Part shown: positions 60,516 through 64,000 of the stretch, piece by piece
How positions within the stretch are numbered: the stretch's first letter is position 1
Layout of the letters: each line of letters begins with the position of its first letter
NCBI GenBank assembly: GCA_013265495.1
Contig: MU063048.1
Span: 4,092,001-4,156,000, forward strand
Source of the DNA: Vicugna vicugna
Lineage: Eukaryota
Reading direction: 5' to 3'
DNA: 64,000 nucleotides
The notes under the pieces: model-generated
Seen by the model: the letters and a program-made list of their open reading frames with translations, nothing else
Told to the model about the DNA's origin: nothing
Databases searched by the model: none
Translations under genes and position numbers: made by a program

Positions 60516-63389
60516 TCTTGGACGACGGGGGATTCTGCTGGCAGAAAATCCTGAGTTTAATCACTCAGGCCCCTCGCTGGGCCACGGTGCTTTCTGCTGT
60601 GTGGCAGGCACATTCTTACTCGCTTTGAGGAGCAAGAAGAGGTGGCGGACTCTAGTTAAGGGCGGTTTTAAGTGTCATAATGTGCTCGTTACACTCAAAA
60701 CACAGCTAACACGCACTGGGCAGCTGAGAACGTGGTGGAACGTGGCTGGTCTGAGGGAGCAGCAGGCATGGGACAGCAGTGGGGGTCCTCGGGGGGCATC
60801 TGGGGGGCCTTGTGGCTTAAACGAGAGACACAGAGCCCTCGCAGGGGATGGGAGGCACCCTGGGGTGCACCGTGGGCGGGGACCCTGTGCTTGCTTCCTT
60901 CCGTCTCTTCCCTCATGCGTCCCCGCCTTCTCCTTCCTGGCCGCCATGAGTCTCAGAACCAGCCCTGTGTTGTCCATAAGCGCCACAAAGCCACCCTTCT
61001 TGACACCCCAACCTGTGTTTTGACACACGGTCTCTGACCACTGGCCGGTCACATTCCGCGCTGTCCCCTCCCCTGTTCCTTCAAGTTTCTTAAACCAGTC
61101 TTGTGCTTGAGACTGAATCTTAGACGCTTTGCAGCTGTTCTGATGATCAAAGGGCCATGTGGGGATCCGGACGGCCTTTCTTTCGTAAGAGAGATGAGTT
61201 CATCTCATAAACACGGGTCCTCAAACTGTCATTCCCAGTAGGTCCGTCTAAACAGGCTTTTTTTTTTTTAACCATATTCTTCCACTTTAGAATGAAACGT
61301 CTCCCTGTTTCGCAGGGATTTTGTTGAGAATGAAATCAGTTCTGTGGGCAGTGCTGCTACGGAGACCCCGAAGGTTTGAAGTTCGGGTTGTTTCTGATGC
61401 TTTTGGAGAGCAGGTCAGCAGAGGAAAAGTGCCGCGCTGGACCGCCTGACACCCTGTGCAGCTCCTGGGACTGTGGCAGGTTCACGAAGGCCAGTTAAGA
61501 AGATGTTGAAAAGAAATATTTGTTGCTGATTTAGTTTTAGTTTCGGAAGATTGGAAGGTCTGTATCCCTTCCTGAAATTCTGAAATTTCAAAGAAAGTAC
61601 AGTGGTCATTTGAGTATGTGCCGCCGGCTTGCGTTATGAATTTTAAAGGCCTAAGTCTCAACGGTCTTACTCCCAGTCCTCAGACTTCCCCAAATCTCCT
61701 CAGAGCTCCTGACAGCTCTTCTGTTGTTGCCACGGTCACGCTGGGCGGGACGCTTTCCCACCGGCCTCAGTGGGCTTATTGAGGACACGGGAGTTACTGG
61801 TTCCAGGGCCGTGCACACGTCAGCCCAGGGGAGGCCTCCCAGCCCCTCAGGCACGGGCCCCCCGGACGGTGTGTGGGGTTCCCGCCGGGCCTTGGGGCAG
61901 GAGTGACGGCGGGTGGCTCTGGGTGGCGCAGGCGGGGACAGCCTGAGGAGCGCACGTTTGCCCATCACAGAGCCTGTCGTGCTTTCCAGACAGCTCTGCT
62001 GTGGGCAGGATCACCCAGACCCACCTGGGAGCCCATGGCCGGACGGGCGTGGGCAGGTTCGCACTGCGTCTGTGTGTCCGACCTTGAAGCCAAATCCACG
62101 TTCCGGTCCTCCCGCCCCCGTCTCAGTGGGGCTCCGGTTCCCAGGAGAGGGGAGTGGCCGGCGAGGGCAGCTCCTGCTGGCAGGGTCGCTTACGCTGACA
62201 CGTGCGGGAGTCAGAATCCATGGGCCCGTGGGTCCGATGAGGAGGAAGGAGAGAGCGAGGCTGTGGGCAGAGTGGCTGTGATTTTCCTGTGGGTCCTCAC
62301 GCCGAGCGCGGGCCCTGAGAGGACAGAGGAACCGCTTTCCCGTGGGCTGTGCATCCGGGATGGGGGCCTATTCTCGGGTTGGGTGTGAATCACCTCCCAC
62401 CTGTCCCCAGCGGGGATGGCCGGTCCCAGGGCGCAGCCCCCTCCCCTGGCTGCCCAGGGAGGGGACGTGGCAAACAACCCGGCGGGCCACCCCCTACCCC
62501 AGAGGGAGTGAGAGGCACCCAACACCTCCGCAGCCCGTCGGCAAGTCCGGTCGGCTCACCCGCCCTGGACCGCGGTGCTGAGGGAGTGGCCCTCGCCCCG
62601 CTCCTCTTGAATGTGTTTGCAGAGGGCCAGCCCTTCCCTGTGGTCATCGGGTCTGTGTGACTAAATACAGACGGAAGCCTGATGTCTGTCCCCAGCGGCC
62701 ACCTGCCTGGCCGCGTCTCTCCCCTCCCAGCAGCCTCTCAGCGTGGCTGGGCCCTCGTCGTCCCCTGCTCACAGCGTGATCAGTTTGGGGTGAACACGGT
62801 GCCGTGGCCACCGCTTTCAGCGCTCTGTGGCGGGGACCGCTGCCTGTCTGTGTCCATTGTGGCGCCTTGTCCACGTGTCCAACTCAGAACCCCCTCCTCT
62901 CCTCCCCTAGCTGATAACACCAGGTGGTTCTGCTCCCAGCCTCCTCCGAAATCCAAACCAAACACCCGTTTCACACTGGAAACACTCTCCTTTCCCTTTC
63001 TGCATTCTTTCTGCATTTTTCATGATGTGGCTCTTTTTTTTTTTTTTAAAGCAATTCAGTCTCTCTTCTGTCCTCCTTGCTCGGTCTTTATAATTTTTCC
63101 AGACACCTGGACTTCACGCCCAGGTCTGTGTGTCACGGGCGCAGACGTGACCTGTGCGCCTGCTTCTCGGCCTGAGTCCAGGCGAGGTGGCAGCCCTCCT
63201 GCGCCTTCTGTCTGGGCACCTGGTGCCGGACGCGCACTGAGGACCAGAGGCGCAGCCGTGGCTGCTCACGGAGACCACCGCTGCCGCGCTGGTCCGTTCA
63301 TCTCGAGGAGGCACGGGCATACTGGTGGCCGGGCAATCGGGAGTGAAGATAGAGCCCCACCTGAAAGCCGGGTGTTCCATTATCTTCCC

Positions 63390-63546
63390 CTTCAGCCCGA
63401 CTCACCGCACAAAGGGTGTTGTGCTCAACCGCACAAAAGTGCTGGGAGGGTAAATGCATCTTCAGCCCGACTCACCGCCCGCTGCCCGGGCGTCTAAGAG
63501 AAGGGTGTTGTGCTCAACCGCACAAAAGTGCTGGGAGGGTAAATGC
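63390..63546. repeat. Interrupted tandem duplication (19-bp and 46-bp blocks each present twice, identical)
   Basis: cttcagcccgactcaccgc at 63390 and 63460; aagggtgttgtgctcaaccgcacaaaagtgctgggagggtaaatgc at 63412 and 63501. Confidence 0.95.
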
Positions 63547-64000
63547 CTGTTTGTGAAGCGCGCTGAGAGCACACGATCAAAGACGCCAAATTGGTGTAAA
63601 TCGGTGTGATTGTTATCAGCGGAAACTCCCCAGGCCTGCCTCTGGATTAACGTGCCTGCGTCAGTCAGCACCCCTGGGCCCGCCCTGAAGCCCCAGCCTC
63701 TCCCTTCTGTCTCGGGGGCGTCTGTCCCTCCAGGTGTCGGAGGGACTCAGGGGGTCGTGGAAGGTCACACAGAGGACACGTGTCAGGTGCCGGCCGACCC
63801 TGGGGCGAGGGGTTGGAGCAGGTTTGTGGGGCACTGGGGTGACTGTCTTGAGGCCGCCTGGCGCTGGCACATTCCTGTCCCATGTCGTCATCCCGTGTGG
63901 CTGGCTCACTCAGGCTGGCTGCAAAGATGGCTTTCCCAGCCTTCCCAAGGCACTTAAGGGGGAAACCAGGGGGCCCCAGCGGTCTCGGGTGAAGACGGAC

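Larger units (their letters stand above)
52674..64000 (+). other. GMDS: GMDS intron downstream of exon 9 (5' part)
   Basis: Donor at 52674. The next expected exon (DFLQGDC...) was not found in the window. Confidence 0.85.

Noticed and set aside
62682-63497. 271-aa ORF on + strand
   Set aside because: Reads through a poly-T/low-complexity tract; no recognisable protein features.
63412-63546. Repeat-spacer-repeat with internal palindrome, superficially CRISPR-like
   Set aside because: Only two copies, the spacer shares a duplicated block with the flank, there are no cas genes, and the context is a mammalian intron.

Overview
This is mammalian genomic DNA, very probably camelid: it carries a Vic-1-type tRNA-Ala-derived SINE, and I saw no Alu, Bov-A/B, CHR, PRE or Can-SINE. 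It is an internal slice of GMDS (GDP-mannose 4,6-dehydratase) on the + strand. It holds the 3' part of a large intron, a 119-nt exon (36268-36386), a 16.2-kb intron, a 97-nt exon (52577-52673) and the start of the next large intron; these correspond to human exons 8 and 9 (numbering recalled, not checked). The rest is intronic: ancient L1M/L2/MIR/MLT1/MER fragments, a younger L1 3' end, one young SINE nested in a MIR, several tandem repeats and local duplications, and a 354-N assembly gap. The long six-frame ORFs are almost all by-products of high GC content. I see no clear evidence of a wholly new gene system. The best leads are four. (1) Exons 8+9 form a 216-nt, phase 0-0, stop-free cassette that would be an endless ORF if back-spliced. 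(2) Old repeats show a strong AT->GC shift that may extend to two GMDS amino-acid changes. (3) AT-rich, motif-dense islands resisted this shift and are candidate long-range enhancers (GMDS introns are known to host FOXC1 regulatory elements). (4) Several recent-looking micro-rearrangements are present. Repeat family calls rest on recalled consensus sequences and need RepeatMasker/Dfam confirmation; their boundaries are approximate.
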